In this document: positions 40,186 to 54,650 of the stretch, one piece after another
Layout of the letters: every line of letters begins with the position of its first letter
How positions within the stretch are numbered: position 1 is the stretch's first letter
From: Octopus sinensis
Taxonomy: Eukaryota
Direction: 5' to 3'
NCBI RefSeq assembly: GCF_006345805.1
Contig: NC_043001.1
Location: 16,802,001 to 16,866,000 of the forward strand
DNA length: 64,000 nt
Notes under the pieces: generated by a model
Told to the model about the DNA's origin: nothing
The model's database searches: none
What the model saw: the letters and a program-made list of their open reading frames with translations, nothing else
Program-made: the position numbers and the translations under genes

Positions 40186-40369
40186 TTTTTCCGACATCTT
40201 TTTCTTTTTCTGTGGCTTTGTTTCTTTCTCAATTTGTGTTTTAACGATGTTCTATTTGAATGTTTTTCATGTAAACTTCTTTGTTTTTTCGCTCTTTCTT
40301 TGTTCCGCCAAGATGTCATGAGATCACGGACATCCGATTGTGTGAGAGCGATATCATTCATAAAGCCAG
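40186..40369 (-). CDS. BMP1: BMP1/tolloid-like protease, prodomain exon (first exon found; not the gene start)
   Basis: tttcag acceptor and gtgagt donor; 184 nt (2+60 codons+2). Translates (A)GFMNDIALTQSDVRDLMTSWRNKERAKKQRSLHEKHSNRTSLKHKLRKKQSHRKRKRCRK. GFxxDIAL is the tolloid prodomain motif, and the phase matches the next exon. Confidence 0.85.
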
Positions 40370-40686
40370 CTGAAAATATAACAAAATCAAAAACGTTATC
40401 AATCAGTTAAGTCCAAACATATACATATATATTTATATATATATAGTAATACACGTAAAAAAAAAAAACATGACTACGAAAATTATATAAGACAAAACAT
40501 TTTCTGTTATTTGTTTGAGTCATTTGATTGCGGCCATGCTGGAGCACCCCCTTTAGTCGTCGAAAGCAAATCGACCCCAGGACTTATTCTTTGTAAGCCT
40601 AGTACTTATTCTATCGTTCACTCTTGCCGAACCTCTAAGTGACAGGTCCGTAAACACACCAGCATCGGTTGTCAAACACAGACACA

Positions 40687-40737
<51 letters not shown>

Positions 40738-41927
40738 GACACACACACATACAACACACACCCACATATGTATATATACGACGGGCTTCTTTCAGTTTCC
40801 GTCTACCAAATCCACTCACAAAGCTTTGGTTGACCCGAGGCTATAGTAGAAGACACTTGCCCAAGGTGCCACACAGTGGGACTGAACCTTGGAACCATGT
40901 GGCTGGTAAGCAAGCTACTTACCACACAGCCACTCCTGTGCCTATTTACAAATTAATATCACATAATTGTAAATATAGGCGCAGGTATGTCCGTGTGGTT
41001 AAGAAATTGATTTTGCATCCACGTGACTTTGAGTTCAGCCGCATTGCACAGACCTTTAGGCAAAAATCTTTTACTACAGTCCCGGGTCAACCAATACCTT
41101 GTGAGTGAATTTGGTGGGCAGAAATTGTGCCTACGTCTGTGTGTGTGTGTGTGGGTGGGTGGGTGTTTGTGTGAGTGTGCGTATACGTCCACATGTGTGT
41201 AGATGGAAAGTGTGGGGAAGCCAGTTGCACATATAAGTTTGCGCGTGTATGCGTGTGTGAGAGAGTGTGCGTGTGTGTATATCGACGTGTGTGTACGTCC
41301 GCGTGTGTGTGTTTGATTGAAAACAGATGTTCGTTTGTTTATGTCCCTGCAACTTAAAGATCCGGCAAAAGTTACCAATAGAATTTGAGTTAGACTTTAA
41401 AAAATAAGTACTATGATCGATTTGATTGATTAAACCCTTCAGTAAGGTACTCTAACGTGGCTACAGTAAGGTACTCTAGCGTGGCTACAAGATGAAAAAT
41501 ACTTAGTTAAGTTTGTTAGAGAAAACAAACAGTTTAAATTTACTGATATCAATATAAAGAAATTATATTTCTTTAACATATAATTTCTTTCCGAGATTCT
41601 CGAGGAAAAAAAAACAAACAGAGATTTTACTTCTTGAAAAACAAGCAATAAAACATTTTTGTATTTGATTTGCAAGAGAGAACATACCAGTGATGCAGTC
41701 ACGAATAACAACGAAATTAGTTTGATAGATTGACCGAACGATTATACGGTTAACCAATTGACAAACAAAAATAAAGAAGTGAATTAGAAGCAAACTTTAA
41801 GAGATACAACAAGGAATGAAAAATTGCTTGGCAAAACATTTTCAGTGGAAATGAAAGTCAGTAGATAGCTTGTTTATGTACGAAGGAATACTTTTTATGC
41901 TTAATAATACATAATACAATTTATAAA

Positions 41928-42150
41928 AGGCGGCGAGCTGGCAGAAACGCCGGGCGAAATGCGTAGCCGTATTTCGTCAGAGTTACGTTCTGAGTTCAAA
42001 TTCCACCGAGTCGACTTTGCCTTTCATCCTTTCGGGGTCGATAAATAAAATACCAGTTTCACATGGGGTCGATATAATCGACTTAATCCCTTTGTCTGTC
42101 CTTCTTTGTCCCCTCTATGTTTAGCCCCTTGTGGGCAATAAATAAATAAA
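41928..42150 (+). mobile_element. SINE family A monomer with ~26-bp TSD
   Basis: aataatacataatacaatttataaaa on both sides. Confidence 0.85.
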
Positions 42151-43112
42151 TAATACATAATACAATTTATAAAAATGAAAACCTAATTCAATATGGTGCT
42201 AGAGGATAGAATTATATCGATAATGATAAACGCAAAATTCTGTCTATCTGTTTGTCTGTCTGTCCGGAAGCCCTGTATCTCAGTCTATATTTGCTCTACA
42301 TAGCCATAATATACCTTTTTGGAATTAGATCTGCCCTTTATTTGGTTCTTGAACATCCAGCATTGGAATCAAGTCTGGATCGTGATTGGTTATATGCTAA
42401 CAGTTGAAAATTCAAATTTTAAAGGAACTCCAAAAATTTGTGAGTTTGCAAGCTTTTCATTTAAACTGAATTGAAAGTAATACCATATTGGTAGGGTACC
42501 AACAAATGCTTTATTATTGCTCTCTTTAGTTTTTGGCACCAAGCCCAATTAGCCCTTCGCAGGAGCTAGCTTGAAAGTCCTCGCTGATTGCAGCTTTTAA
42601 GCTAGTATTATATATATATTGAAATGATGTCACTTATGCTTTAGACCAGAATTACAACATCCTATAGGTTTCACCTAAGTCGTCTGAACGAAATGTAGGA
42701 CATGGAAACTACCAGTAGGGCTGTAGATGGCATCATCGAAATAAATTAAGTTTTTCACAGACTAAGTGTTACCTATTACATGACGGGTAATGATGGAACT
42801 ATATTTTTGCCACTGGTGTTTAGGTACAAAAACTATAATTATATGCTTCACAAATTTTATAGTACTTCCACGAAATAATGAAATTAACATTAATTTTCTA
42901 AATAAAAATATTGGAATAAATTTCCTATTTGAATATTTTGCGATAAATATATGATATCAAAAGGAGTAATACTGTTCAGCGATCAATTAATTAATTACAG
43001 GTGCAGCAAATTAATGAACTCCATATTATCGCTACGCAGTCAACAGGTATTAAGATTCACATCTTAATTCACATGTCGCTATACGTATCGTTACCTCTCT
43101 CACTATCACTAG

Positions 43113-43180
<68 letters not shown>

Positions 43181-43210
43181 TACATATATATATATATGCA
43201 TGCACATATA

Positions 43211-43606
43211 TCTCTCTCTCTATATATAAAGCTGAAGTTGTCTGTGTATGGCAGGTTTGGCAGCCTTCAACTAACACTATCTCCTCCGAGACCCTACGGC
43301 GCAAGCTGACCAAAATTGAGAGTATGATAGAAGAAGACTTGCTCTTCCTTCCGTAGAAGAAATAAATTCAAATCGGACCACGTTAACACCAAAAGTGATT
43401 TACATCAAAAAGGTGCTTTTTTTCTATAAAAATCCCTATTTTTTACGATTTTTTGACTGTTGTGTCGCCATTTTTCGGTGTATTTCAACCAGAAAAATGT
43501 TCACTTAAAGAGAATAACAAGCTACATAATGCAAAATTTTACTTTTCAAAAATTCCAATTCTAAAGGGACGAAACAAACCCGAGCAACGCCGGGTGATAC
43601 TGCTAG
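43211..43606 (+). mobile_element. Non-autonomous Helitron
   Basis: A|TC 5' end (tctctctctctatatataaagctgaag), subterminal hairpin cccgagcaacgccggg, CTAG|T 3' end, no TSD. Confidence 0.8.
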
Positions 43607-45639
43607 TATACATATATATATGTGTGTGTGTGTGTGTGTGTTATAATCGTGTTTGTATATGAAGCAAAGGAGAGACAAGGTTTCTTGTGACGTAAACAAT
43701 AACATGTTGAACATGCCAGACAGTATGATATTTTTGATATTTTAAGTGTTACCTCTAAACGAATGCATCACCCATACAACAGGTAGCAGTAGAGAAGGAG
43801 GAGCTGGAGATAGGGACATGATAACAGCATGGGGTAAAGGTAGAGGAGGAGAATTATTAGTTATAATTGTAAAGGTGCATCAGTAGTCAGAGAGAGAGAC
43901 AGACAGACAGACAGAAAGGCAAAGACTGTGCAATTCCATATAAGACAGAGTAACACTTTATATGTGATCAGCCATAAAGGAATGAGTATTTGTTTCTTTA
44001 TTACCCACAAGGGACTAAACACAGAGAGGACAAACAAGGACAGACAAACGGATTAAGTCAATTACATCAACCCCAGTGCGTAACTGGTACTTAATTTATC
44101 CACGCCAAAAGGATGAAAGGCAAAGTCGACCCTGGCGGAATTTGAACTCAAAACGTAACGGCAGACGAAATACCTATTTCTTTATTACCCACAAGGGGCT
44201 AAACACAGAGGGGACAAACAAGGACAGAACGTAACGGCAGACGAAATACCACTAAGCATCTCGTCCGGCGTGCTAACGTTTCTGCCAGCTCGCCGCCTTT
44301 TAAAGGAATGAGTATTATGAGTATAGATATATGTATGGGTGTGTGGGTGTGTATGTGTGTCAAAGATATTTGTTCCATATGCCGTGCAGAGGAATCGAAC
44401 ACAGAAATAAGAAATTGTAAAGAAAACATTTAACTAGAATATATGTGTAATAGAAACGTAGGACTCTTAAACCAAGATGACTGCCGAACTCGCTTGACAA
44501 AATAGAAAAAGACGGGCGTAAAAATATAAATTGTATAATTTTGCTAATGAAAAGAAACAAATACGGAAATCATGAATGAACCGTGCAAAAATATGCATAT
44601 ATTTTAGAAAAATATATAAGTATACTATAGTGTTAGGCATTCATTCAAAATGCCAGTCAGCTGAAATATGAACCTGGCATAGAATCTACTTTTGTAACCC
44701 AGGGTCAGGAACAGCCTAAGTGGAAGGAGCGTAAATGTAACATAATAAGCACAATTTTATTTCTTTATAGTAAAAGAGGTTTCAAATTTTTCCACAAGGG
44801 CAGCAATTTTGGTGGAGGAGATGAGTCGATTACATCGACCCCAGTGTTTAACTGGTACTTGTTTTATCGACCCTGAACGAATGAAAGCAAAGTCGACTTC
44901 GGTCGAATTTGAACTCAGAACTTACCAACGAGCGAAATACCTATTTCTTTACTACCCACAAGGGGCTAAACACAGAGGGAAATACCGCTAAGCATTTCGT
45001 TCAGCGCGCTAACGATTCTGCCGGCTCGCCGCCTTAAATATGTAGTTACAGTAATTCTTTTCTATTAGAGGCACAAGGCCTGAAATTTTTGGAGAGGGGC
45101 CAGTCGATTAGATCGATCCCAGTACGCAATGGTACTTTATTTATCGACCCCGAAAGGATGAAAGGCAAAGTCGACCTCAGTGGAATTTGAACTCAGAACG
45201 TACAAACGGGCGAAAAACCTATTTCTTTACTATCCACAAGGGGCTAAACACAGAAGAGACAAACAAGGACAGACAAACGGATCAAGTCAATTACATCGAC
45301 CCCAGGGCGTAACTGGTCCTTAATTTATCGACCCCGAAAGGATGAAAGGCAAAGTCGACCTCGGCGGAATTTGAACTCAGAACGTAACGGCAGACGAAAT
45401 ACGGCTAAGCATTTCGCCCGGCTCACCGAATCTGTCGGCTCACCGCCTTAAATATGTTGTTGCATTAATTGTATATGCAGACACGTTTACATGAAAACTG
45501 AAAATAATTTGTATGAGCACGTACCAAAGTGGGTACGATATACTGTCATACTCTGAGACATGCCTGTTTTGACTAATAAGTAGATTAAAGAAAAATTCGT
45601 TGATATTATCAGCTGAGATAGGAATGCATACTTAACCTA

Positions 45640-45813
45640 TGTACCGTATTCTGACTGATTATCTAAATCTCCCTTCCGACTAAACGCGCGGGAGCAAAGT
45701 CGAGAAGTACCTCAGAAAGATTATAAGCGAGATATGGGAAACGAGAATAGATACGGTATCGATAATAATTGGTTCTATGAGTGTGATAAAAATTAAGAAC
45801 ATGATAAAGAGCA

Positions 45814-45851
<38 letters not shown>

Positions 45852-45900
45852 TACTCTGAAGGATATTGTATGTCTAGTTGATAATAGCACTTTCGATAAA
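45640..45900 (+). pseudogene. Decayed RLE-type LINE fragment
   Basis: KVEKYLRKIISEIWETRIDTVSIIIGSMSVIK, the same motif as the 38177 ORF. Confidence 0.5.
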
Positions 45901-48900
45901 TTATAGAGAATTGATCAAATATACAGACATAGAGAGATTGAAATCCAGAAAGTATGGAATATCTACATAATGGTAGTATCAGTAGCCGTACGTATCCAAT
46001 GTCTTGATAAATAAATCTTTTCTACTATAGGCACAAGACCTGAAATTTGAGGGGAGGGGGAAAGTCGATTAGCTCGACCCCAGTACGCAACTGGTACTTA
46101 ATTTATCGATCCTGAAAGAATGAAAGGCAAAGCCGACCTCGGCGGAATTTGAACTCAGAACGTAAAGACAAACGAAATACCTATTCCTTTATTACCCACA
46201 AGGGGCTAAACATAGAGGGGACAAACAAGGACAGACATAGGTATTAAGTCGAATGCATCGACCCCAGTGCGTAACTGGTACTTAATTTATCGATTCCGAA
46301 ATGATGAAAGGCAAAGTGGAACTCGGTGGAATTTGAACTCAGAACACAAAGACAGAAGAAATACCACTAAGCACTTCGCCCGGCCTGCTAACGTTTCCGC
46401 CAGCTTGTCACCTTTTAGTTTAACTTTATCACTTGACCCATTGAGTGCCTTTCGTAGAATAATACCCTCCGTTGTTCCAGTTGATTCGATCAACGGAACA
46501 GCCTGCTCATGAAGGCACGTAACTTAATGGTTAGGGTATCCGACTCACAATCGTAAGGTCGTACGTTCGATTCCCGGCGCGTTGTGTCATTCAGCAAGTT
46601 ACTTTATTTCACGTTGCTTTCAATCCATTCGTCTGGCAAAAATGGGTAGTACCTGTATTTCAAAGGACCAGCTTTGTCACATTCTATGTCACCCTGAATC
46701 TCCCTGAGAACTACGTTAAGGGTACATGTGCCTATGGAGTGCTCAACCACTTGCACGCTAATTTTACGAGCAGGCTGTTCCGTTGATCGGATCAACTGGA
46801 ACCCTCGTCGGCATAGCGGACGGAGTAACTTTTGTAGAATGCGCTCTGTGGCAAGTATTTGTGTCAAGTCTGCGGATTAAGGATAGCTGTCTCCTTTTCT
46901 CCATCGCTTCTCGTGGGAAGAAGGGAGCATCTTGCAAAATATGCGTTATTTCTAATTTCGTTATCGACACATGTAATTATAAGAATGAGGTAATCAACCG
47001 TTTTTTACATATTTTTCTAACTTTTGGTCTTAAATTGTCTTTGCAAAATGCCTCAATAATTATTTTCTTCTGGTTTCCAGAGTGCCAGAAATTCCAAAAG
47101 CACTAATGAAAGCATTAAAAAAAAGGAGAGAAAATGGTTGAAATAACAAAGACTTCTGAAAATATGGACTATCTGAACAACGCGGGAATCAGTTTTTATG
47201 AAACACCTCATACAATTTTTCCATCCCCTTTTCAAGAAGGGGTTTGATTTGAATGAAATTTCATTATTCTTTCTAACAAAGCAAGTGACAAGGTAGAAGC
47301 TTTCTCACCGGCTCATAAATTTTATTTTGCAGTAGTTGCTTTTTTTAAAACCCGAGGTCATCTCTGATCGTCTCGATCCATGATCAATATTGCTCTAATC
47401 AGTCACATCACGGCTTTTTACTTATATCAGCTACTGTATTGTATTATGTATATAGATGAGTGTCAACGAAGAGCCTTCATTTGCTCATAAATATCAACCT
47501 TGCCTGAAGCGACAAACTTAGATTTATTTGAATATAAAAGACGTCCAAATAAAGTAAGCTTATAAATATTCTGGAAATTTTAGTCGTATTTAAGGACTGA
47601 TAAAAATCAGGAAAAATTAAAATGATAATACATGTATACTAATTGACAAAACAGCTGTTTCTGTTAACATTATATCACTGGAAAAATCGGCAAAGCTGAA
47701 TAAATACAAAACACTGGAAACTGGATCTTCTTATTATACGTTTATTTTATTGTCACAGTCATATAACCAAGACCTGGATATTTTCGAGGCTTTAAGTTAT
47801 AAAACATTAATTCTTTGAAATACTACTCCAGCGAAACAGCTAAGCATTATACAATGTCACAGGTCAAGTTATGTGCACTCGGAAATACACACACACACAC
47901 TCTCTCTCTCTCTCTCACACACACACTTTCTCTCTCACACACACACTCTTTCTCTCACACACACAAACACACACGCTCTCAATCACACACTCACAGTCTG
48001 TACGTCTCTATCTATATATATATGGGCTTCAACAGGATGAACTTCTATCTCTCTTTCAAACAAACATACGTATACCTCTTTGTCATTAGCAGTGGGATTT
48101 GAACTCCGTATATAAAGAGAAGGGAGATATACTGCTAGCTCTAACTAATGTGCCAACTTCCATAACTACCACAAGGGCGACTGGTGAGGAAACATTACAG
48201 GACAGATTACAAAAAGCACTTCAGGCTTATATGGAATCGATTATGAGAGAAACAGATATGCACACAACATTGTACAAGCATAGTCGTTTAAAGCCAATCA
48301 AGCGACCCCATAAATTCAGTATAACTCTGACTATACTATTTATAAGCGCTCTGTCAAAGCTGTGTACTCCTGTCTGCCTGCGAAGTCTAGGCCCATCAAC
48401 TCGGATCATTCTCATCAGAATTAATAAGACTCTGACTCTTAAAGATTAATCGCCATTTTTTCAGAAAATGTATTTGTCAAATACATTTTCTTCATGGAAA
48501 CAAGATTAACCTGGTGAGAATAATGATGTTTTGTAAATGGATTAATAAATACAACCACACTACTTCTGTGTATTGAGTACAGTACCTTACATAGCGGGTT
48601 GTCCTCGTGCTTTTTAAATGTTAAACGTTTCACTATAATACGCGCGCGTGTATGTGTACGTGCGCGTGTGTATATGTATACATATATATTTGTGAGTGTG
48701 TGAAGACGGCCAGCAAGAATTCAGCAAGAACAACCCGACGACAATTCTCGGATTACATGAATTATCATGGTCAGATACCTATTCTCATTCATGGTTTCCA
48801 GCTTGCAGTCACAAAATTAGAACAAGGCTAGACGGCCATGTTAAATTCACCACCATCAACCATGTTACAATAAATTATCTGAAGAACGGCACCTCCTTCT

Positions 48901-50306
48901 CCGTCTCTACCTTCTCCAACAAGTGGTAGTTTTAAAGAAGGTGACGCGGGCTTGGCAGGTAATGAAATCTTTATTTGTCACTGAATACAGAGAATTACCA
49001 AGAAGAAACCCTCCTTTACTAGTACTTGCAAATATATAAGCTATGATATAGAGAAATGAAGGAGAAAATTAGATAAAGACTACTACAAGAGACTCAGTCT
49101 AAATATTAGATAACAGATCTGACCGACAGATAAAAGATATGTACCACATTAGCACACCGTGTGATTAATTTCTATTTAAATGTAATAAATTGAATGTCAA
49201 GTGGATTGAAGAGCTTTGGGTAGAAAAACTTGAAAACTACTTATTGCATTTTAAATAAACCATCATGAAAATGGTTCAGATAAACTATAGTCTAGTTAAT
49301 ATCACTATCTTTGATTTAGGGAACATAAAAAAGCTAACTAGAAATATTTATACGGTGATACATAATATCAAGTAATTGATTTGAAAACATTTTTTTATAT
49401 TTCTCCAGAAAGTACGAAAGATAACTCTGGTCATGTTTGTTCTGTTACTTTGACCTCATTAGCGAAGAAGTTATGAGAGAGCAAGTTCGTCGTACACATA
49501 GGATTGAGAACTATGGCTTGGTGACCCACTTGGACTTACAAAAATACTTGGAAACAAGCAAAAGTAGTTTAGAACAATAAGGTTACATGTAAAGTAAAAA
49601 TGCAAAAGAATTTTTTTTCTGTGACATGGTGAGACGATACGGGATAATGCTCATGAATGTTTGGAGGGTTTGTTCCATATTGGATTATGTAAAAAGGTAT
49701 CCAAGGACCAACTGGGTGACGGTTTGATGCGTTAAAAAATAGAAACTACTTAGAAGTTAATTAGCCGAAGGCAAAAGGTTTTGAGAAAGCAAAAAGAACT
49801 GGGAATGTTAAAAGAGGCTTGACTGAGTAGGTAACTATATTCATTGGATGGATATGCAAACAGCTTCCATCTAAAAGCTGAAAGTAGATGGTACAAGCAC
49901 GCTTCGAAGCTGGCGTGTGACATTAACCTTCCTGCGATACTTTAGAACTTATCTGAATAGACTGACGCAAAAGATCAGAGTAAACAGCTTAGTCATCATA
50001 ATCAAAGAAAACCTAGGCACTTTAAAATTCCTTGGTTTCTTGCATCAAATTTTCAATCGGAAGGTAATGAAAATGGCATCAAAATACAGGGGCAATGGGC
50101 ACGGACAAGAAGAGTTAAATCACTTATCAAATAATTGGTGCACTGCTAATAGGAAAGAGTTGTTGTATACTGTCAACATAACGTGACAGTCCCGTAAAGG
50201 GAATTAAACCACCGCTATTTAGCCCTAGGAAGCATCGACGCTCCTGTCAGCTTTGACACATTTCCTGTGTCTTTATATTTGCGAAGGGGAGGCAAGCACC
50301 CCCAGC

Positions 50307-50383
50307 AGCTAGGATTAGCACCCGAAGACATACATGTTTCTGGGTCTTGCCCGTCATCAGTCCAGGTTAGTAAGTCCTGCTAG
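50307..50383 (-). ncRNA. Type I hammerhead ribozyme motif
   Basis: Minus strand acctgga-CTGATGA-cgggcaagaccca-GAAAC-atgtat-GTC-ttcgggt. Stem I 7 bp plus distal agga/tcct; stem III acat/atgt; GUC cleavage triplet at 50329-50327. Confidence 0.8.
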
Positions 50384-51525
50384 TTAGAAATTCAATATTT
50401 CTAATAAGAAAGAATATTACGAAAATTTGCTTTTGGAAATGCTCAATGTGACTGGGCTGATGTATTTTAAACAAGAACGAGGAAGGGTTTCTGTATAGCT
50501 TAAATTGCATGATGCTGCTACTGGTTAGCTTCAATCATTCTCGGATCGAATTGGAAGTGGAGAGGATATGAAATTCGCTGGTTGAGAGAACAGAAGTGTT
50601 GCATGAACAGAAGAAACAAGAAGAAACAATCTCTGTTGTTTCTTGGTCCCAGACCAGCCCCGATCAAACCGTAACCAACCATATTATTGCATATCTATAA
50701 CTGTCTGATATGACCTTCACTTAGGGTGTAATTCGTGCAATATTTGGTTACTATTTCTTGCAATCGACATTGTGGAGGGTAGTTATTGGAATGACATGTA
50801 AGGTAGCTTTTGAGGTTAAGGGCCTTAACTAATGTAGTGTAGAAATTATTAATAGATAAATGCATTGTAGCAAAAATCAGAAATCCTTAGAGAAGCCTGA
50901 TTTTATATTTATCAGGATTCCTATCAAATGGTGATTCATGATTTAATTTTGCCAGTTTATAAATGAGTAAGAGTACCAATGATTATGTTTACTGGGTGGG
51001 GGGGAGAATAGACTAAACTGAAAGTGATTATATTGAGAAGACCTGCTAATCCTTAGAATACATTGTTGGATTCCGGGAAAAAAATTTCAGTTGTTTAGTA
51101 GTGGTTGAACAGAGCACGAACTATAAAGTGTAATACAGCACTTAAAGAAATGTTTAGAAAATGGCGATGTAACCCGGTGTGAGAAATGTTAAAACGCCCC
51201 ATCGATAATCTGAAATCGCTGCAAGAATGCTTGTTTAAGCTTGAAGTGTCAATTGATGTTATAGTGCAAAATAGCAATGATAAGTAAGTGTGTTGTGATG
51301 TCAAGTGTGTGCACTAGAAGTACTCACAGATAGGAGGAAATCACTTGACCCGAAGCAGAAAGAAGTTGATATATTCTTTGGCTGCGATGACGGCGAAACA
51401 TTTATAGCAATTTCAGGTCAATTTGAAGAGATACGGATAAGAAAATAGAGTTATTCGATAAGAATCGCGTGAAAACCGCAAAGTTTTCCAAATGTAGGGT
51501 ATACGACGAATGCAGTGTACTTCAG

Positions 51526-51647
<122 letters not shown>

Positions 51648-51770
51648 ATATATATCAGTTGGCATTTTTATTGCTGGCGAAGGGCTGCGGCTGCGCAGTA
51701 GATTTTGAAAAAGTTAGGATGTATAAACAAGGAGCACGTAGTTTGATCGCCTCGTGTTTTATGTTTAACC

Positions 51771-51868
51771 CTAGGTGTTCCTGCTGAAGACGATTTCACC
51801 TGGCGAGTGTAGGTGTTATTCATTCATTGCTAAACTAAAATCAGAAACCAATTGGTCCAGGAAACTAG
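51771..51868 (+). ncRNA. Type I hammerhead ribozyme motif within a ~225-bp element (51656-51882) flanked by (TA)n
   Basis: ttcctg-CTGAAGA-cgattt...aaatca-GAAAC-caattg-GTC-caggaa; palindromic stem III accaattggt; long stem II insertion. Confidence 0.8.
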
Positions 51869-51881
51869 ATGGTAAAATGTT

Positions 51882-51947
<66 letters not shown>

Positions 51948-54419
51948 ACGCAATGAAAAGACATCATCCCAGAAAGGTGGTGAAATTAATTTCTGTTTTC
52001 GGTGCCCGCTAAATCTTAAATAGTTTTTAACTTTAGAAATGATTTATGATTCCATCACAAAGCCAAAAGTTTTAAGGGGGGAGGATCAATAGACTCCTTC
52101 AACTGCAGCACTTGACTTGTACTTCATTTATCGACGATAGAAAACAAAATTTGTCTCGATGAGATTAAGCTCGGAATAAAGTGAAATGAAACTCATCAGT
52201 GCAAGCTTGGTTGTTGAGCTTAATCTGTCGACCAGTTTAATACTACCACATTGCATTTCGAGTGCCTTTGGTGGGACTCCTCTTTGAGGAACTCAAACTA
52301 GGACACCAGTGTGAATATACCTTCTTCCTTCCCTCCCACGAGTCTCGATGACCTTGTAAAGGTTCATAAGCTTGCCTCCTTTCCGAACAATAAGATCATT
52401 TTCTTTTGAAGTTTCAGACCTGAGACAAGTTATAAGACAATTAGGGCTGTTAGGCAGATAAATTATCTGAAAAATACAATTAAACAATTTGTAGTTTAGC
52501 TCCAGATAAGTACTAGTCCAGAAGAACTTGCGAGCCAATTAGGTTTCGTAACATGTACCATGTATTTGCTAATTGTTTTAGGTGCCTGTGTAACCACGAG
52601 CAGACAGAGACATCTTCTCAAATTCTTCGATTTGACCCCTTCGATAAATCTATAATGTGACAACTGAAGGAAGAGAGAAATGTACCTTCACCCTTACTGG
52701 TCTTCAGTTACACCTAGGCAAACTAAAGAAATGTGAAACGAAGTGCCTAATTGAAATACACAACACACCATCCGGTCCAGAAGTTGAACCCACAACATTA
52801 GGAACACGAACAAAACACCCAAACCACTATGCCACACGATTACACATTGCATTTTATTTAAGTATATTTTAGTTAGGTCTGTATCATTCAATGTATCTTT
52901 TCTTGTTTTAAAATGATAGGGTGTGAGATGAGGGTGATTTACCTGCTATCTTTAACAGGTCAAGCAGCCATGTACATCCAATTTCACTGGCGCATCATAA
53001 GGCTGCTAACAATTTTAGAGCGAGTATATTCCAAAGACAGCTGGTTCACCAACATTCACAATCCAAAAGCTCGTGTCCTCACATGCATATTTTAACCTTC
53101 TAGTCACAGCAGATACCCCATTTATTTGTCAATGGAATATTCCTGGCTACAAGACAGTCAGCAACATAACAAAAAAAAAAATCCTACGCATTCATGGACG
53201 CGGATTACGAACATTCAAAATTCCAGTTGTGTCAAATTTAATAATAAAATTTTAAATACCACGAAATACAAGAATTATTTCAGCAAGGAGACATGACATG
53301 ACATGCAGAAATACAAACGCTAATATAGACATACAAAAACACAGACACTCACACACACAGACACAAAGGATAAAAAAAAAACCCAGCTACATCGTCATAA
53401 TATATAACACATTGGGACGCTGTTCTTATTTGCTGACACAAAGAAATAAATTGCTTTGATTCTCAAGAGCCATCAGATAAAATATGGCTACTGAAAAAAA
53501 CTCTAACAGATATATGAAAAATTTTGTTTTTTTTAAATGTCGAAACAAAACATAAAGATAGATGTCTTTGGTTACGAATTGTCTTCGTAACTAAGCAGTT
53601 CCGGGTACGATTCCACAGAGTGGAGGAACATCACACGCATGCGTTTGTGTGTTTGTGTGTGGTGGTGGTATGTGTGTGTTTCGGTGCCGTATATCAGGGA
53701 AAGAAGTAAAACAAACGCATGAAAATCAAATCGATAAACGGAAGCTTTGGGACGAAATCTGGTCGTATATTTGTTCCGTTTGAGTTTCACAGACAACCGT
53801 CTATCACTCTCATGGTTGTAAATATAAAGGAACTGTTGTTCACAAAAAAGATACAGGTAGACAGAAAGAGAAAAAAGAGAGACATATCGGGATATGAAAT
53901 GGCACCCGACCTCTTGGCGATCTCTATTTATCGTGAACTATGATTGCAACGAAGCGAGATACACTATTCAGAACGCAGAAGCGATTACTCAAAATAGCAT
54001 AATATATTTTTACAATTACTCAACTGAATTTTCCAATGCTTGCAATTACAGGTAACCCAGGTAACATTGTTCTGTAACAGAGAGAAGGTTACAATGTCTG
54101 TTTATCTGAGATCAGAAGACGAACCATGAAATGTATGCTAAATTCTAGTGGTATTACGGCTTAAGCCAGTTTCCATTTAGTAAGTAGTGCACCAGGGTTT
54201 GAAGAAATTTTGTAATGACAATGAGAATATGGTAAATGTACTTGTTCTGCAAGAACTCAAAGATCATAGAGTCTCTTTTAACTTTAGCTAATGAATCCTC
54301 ATATCAGTTTAGTAAAGCATATCACCAAAATAATGCCTGTTGTTGAAGAAAAGTCACAACGTTTTCCTAAGAACTTTCTGAATCTCACCCAGTAAAAGCA
54401 ATATATTTCTGGAGCACAA

Positions 54420-54650
54420 GGCGGCAAGCTGGCAGACACGTTAGCGCGCCGGGCGAAATGCTTAGCGGTATTTCGTCTGCCGTTACGTTCTGAGTTCAAA
54501 TTCCGCCGAGGTCGACTTTGCCTTTCATCCTTTCGGGATCGATAAATCAAGTACCAGTTACGCACTGGGGTCGATCTAATCGACTTAATCCGTTTGTCTG
54601 TCCTTGTTTGTCCGCTCTGTGTTTAGCCCCTTGTGGGCAATAAAGAAATA
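54420..54650 (+). mobile_element. SINE family A full monomer with ~21-bp TSD
   Basis: aatatatttctggagcacaag at 54400-54420 and 54651-54671. Confidence 0.92.

Noticed and set aside
52320-52467. Possible upstream tolloid exon (ttttcag...gtatat, one open frame on the minus strand)
   Set aside because: No signal peptide or DPCKA-like motif and a weak donor; unsupported without transcripts.
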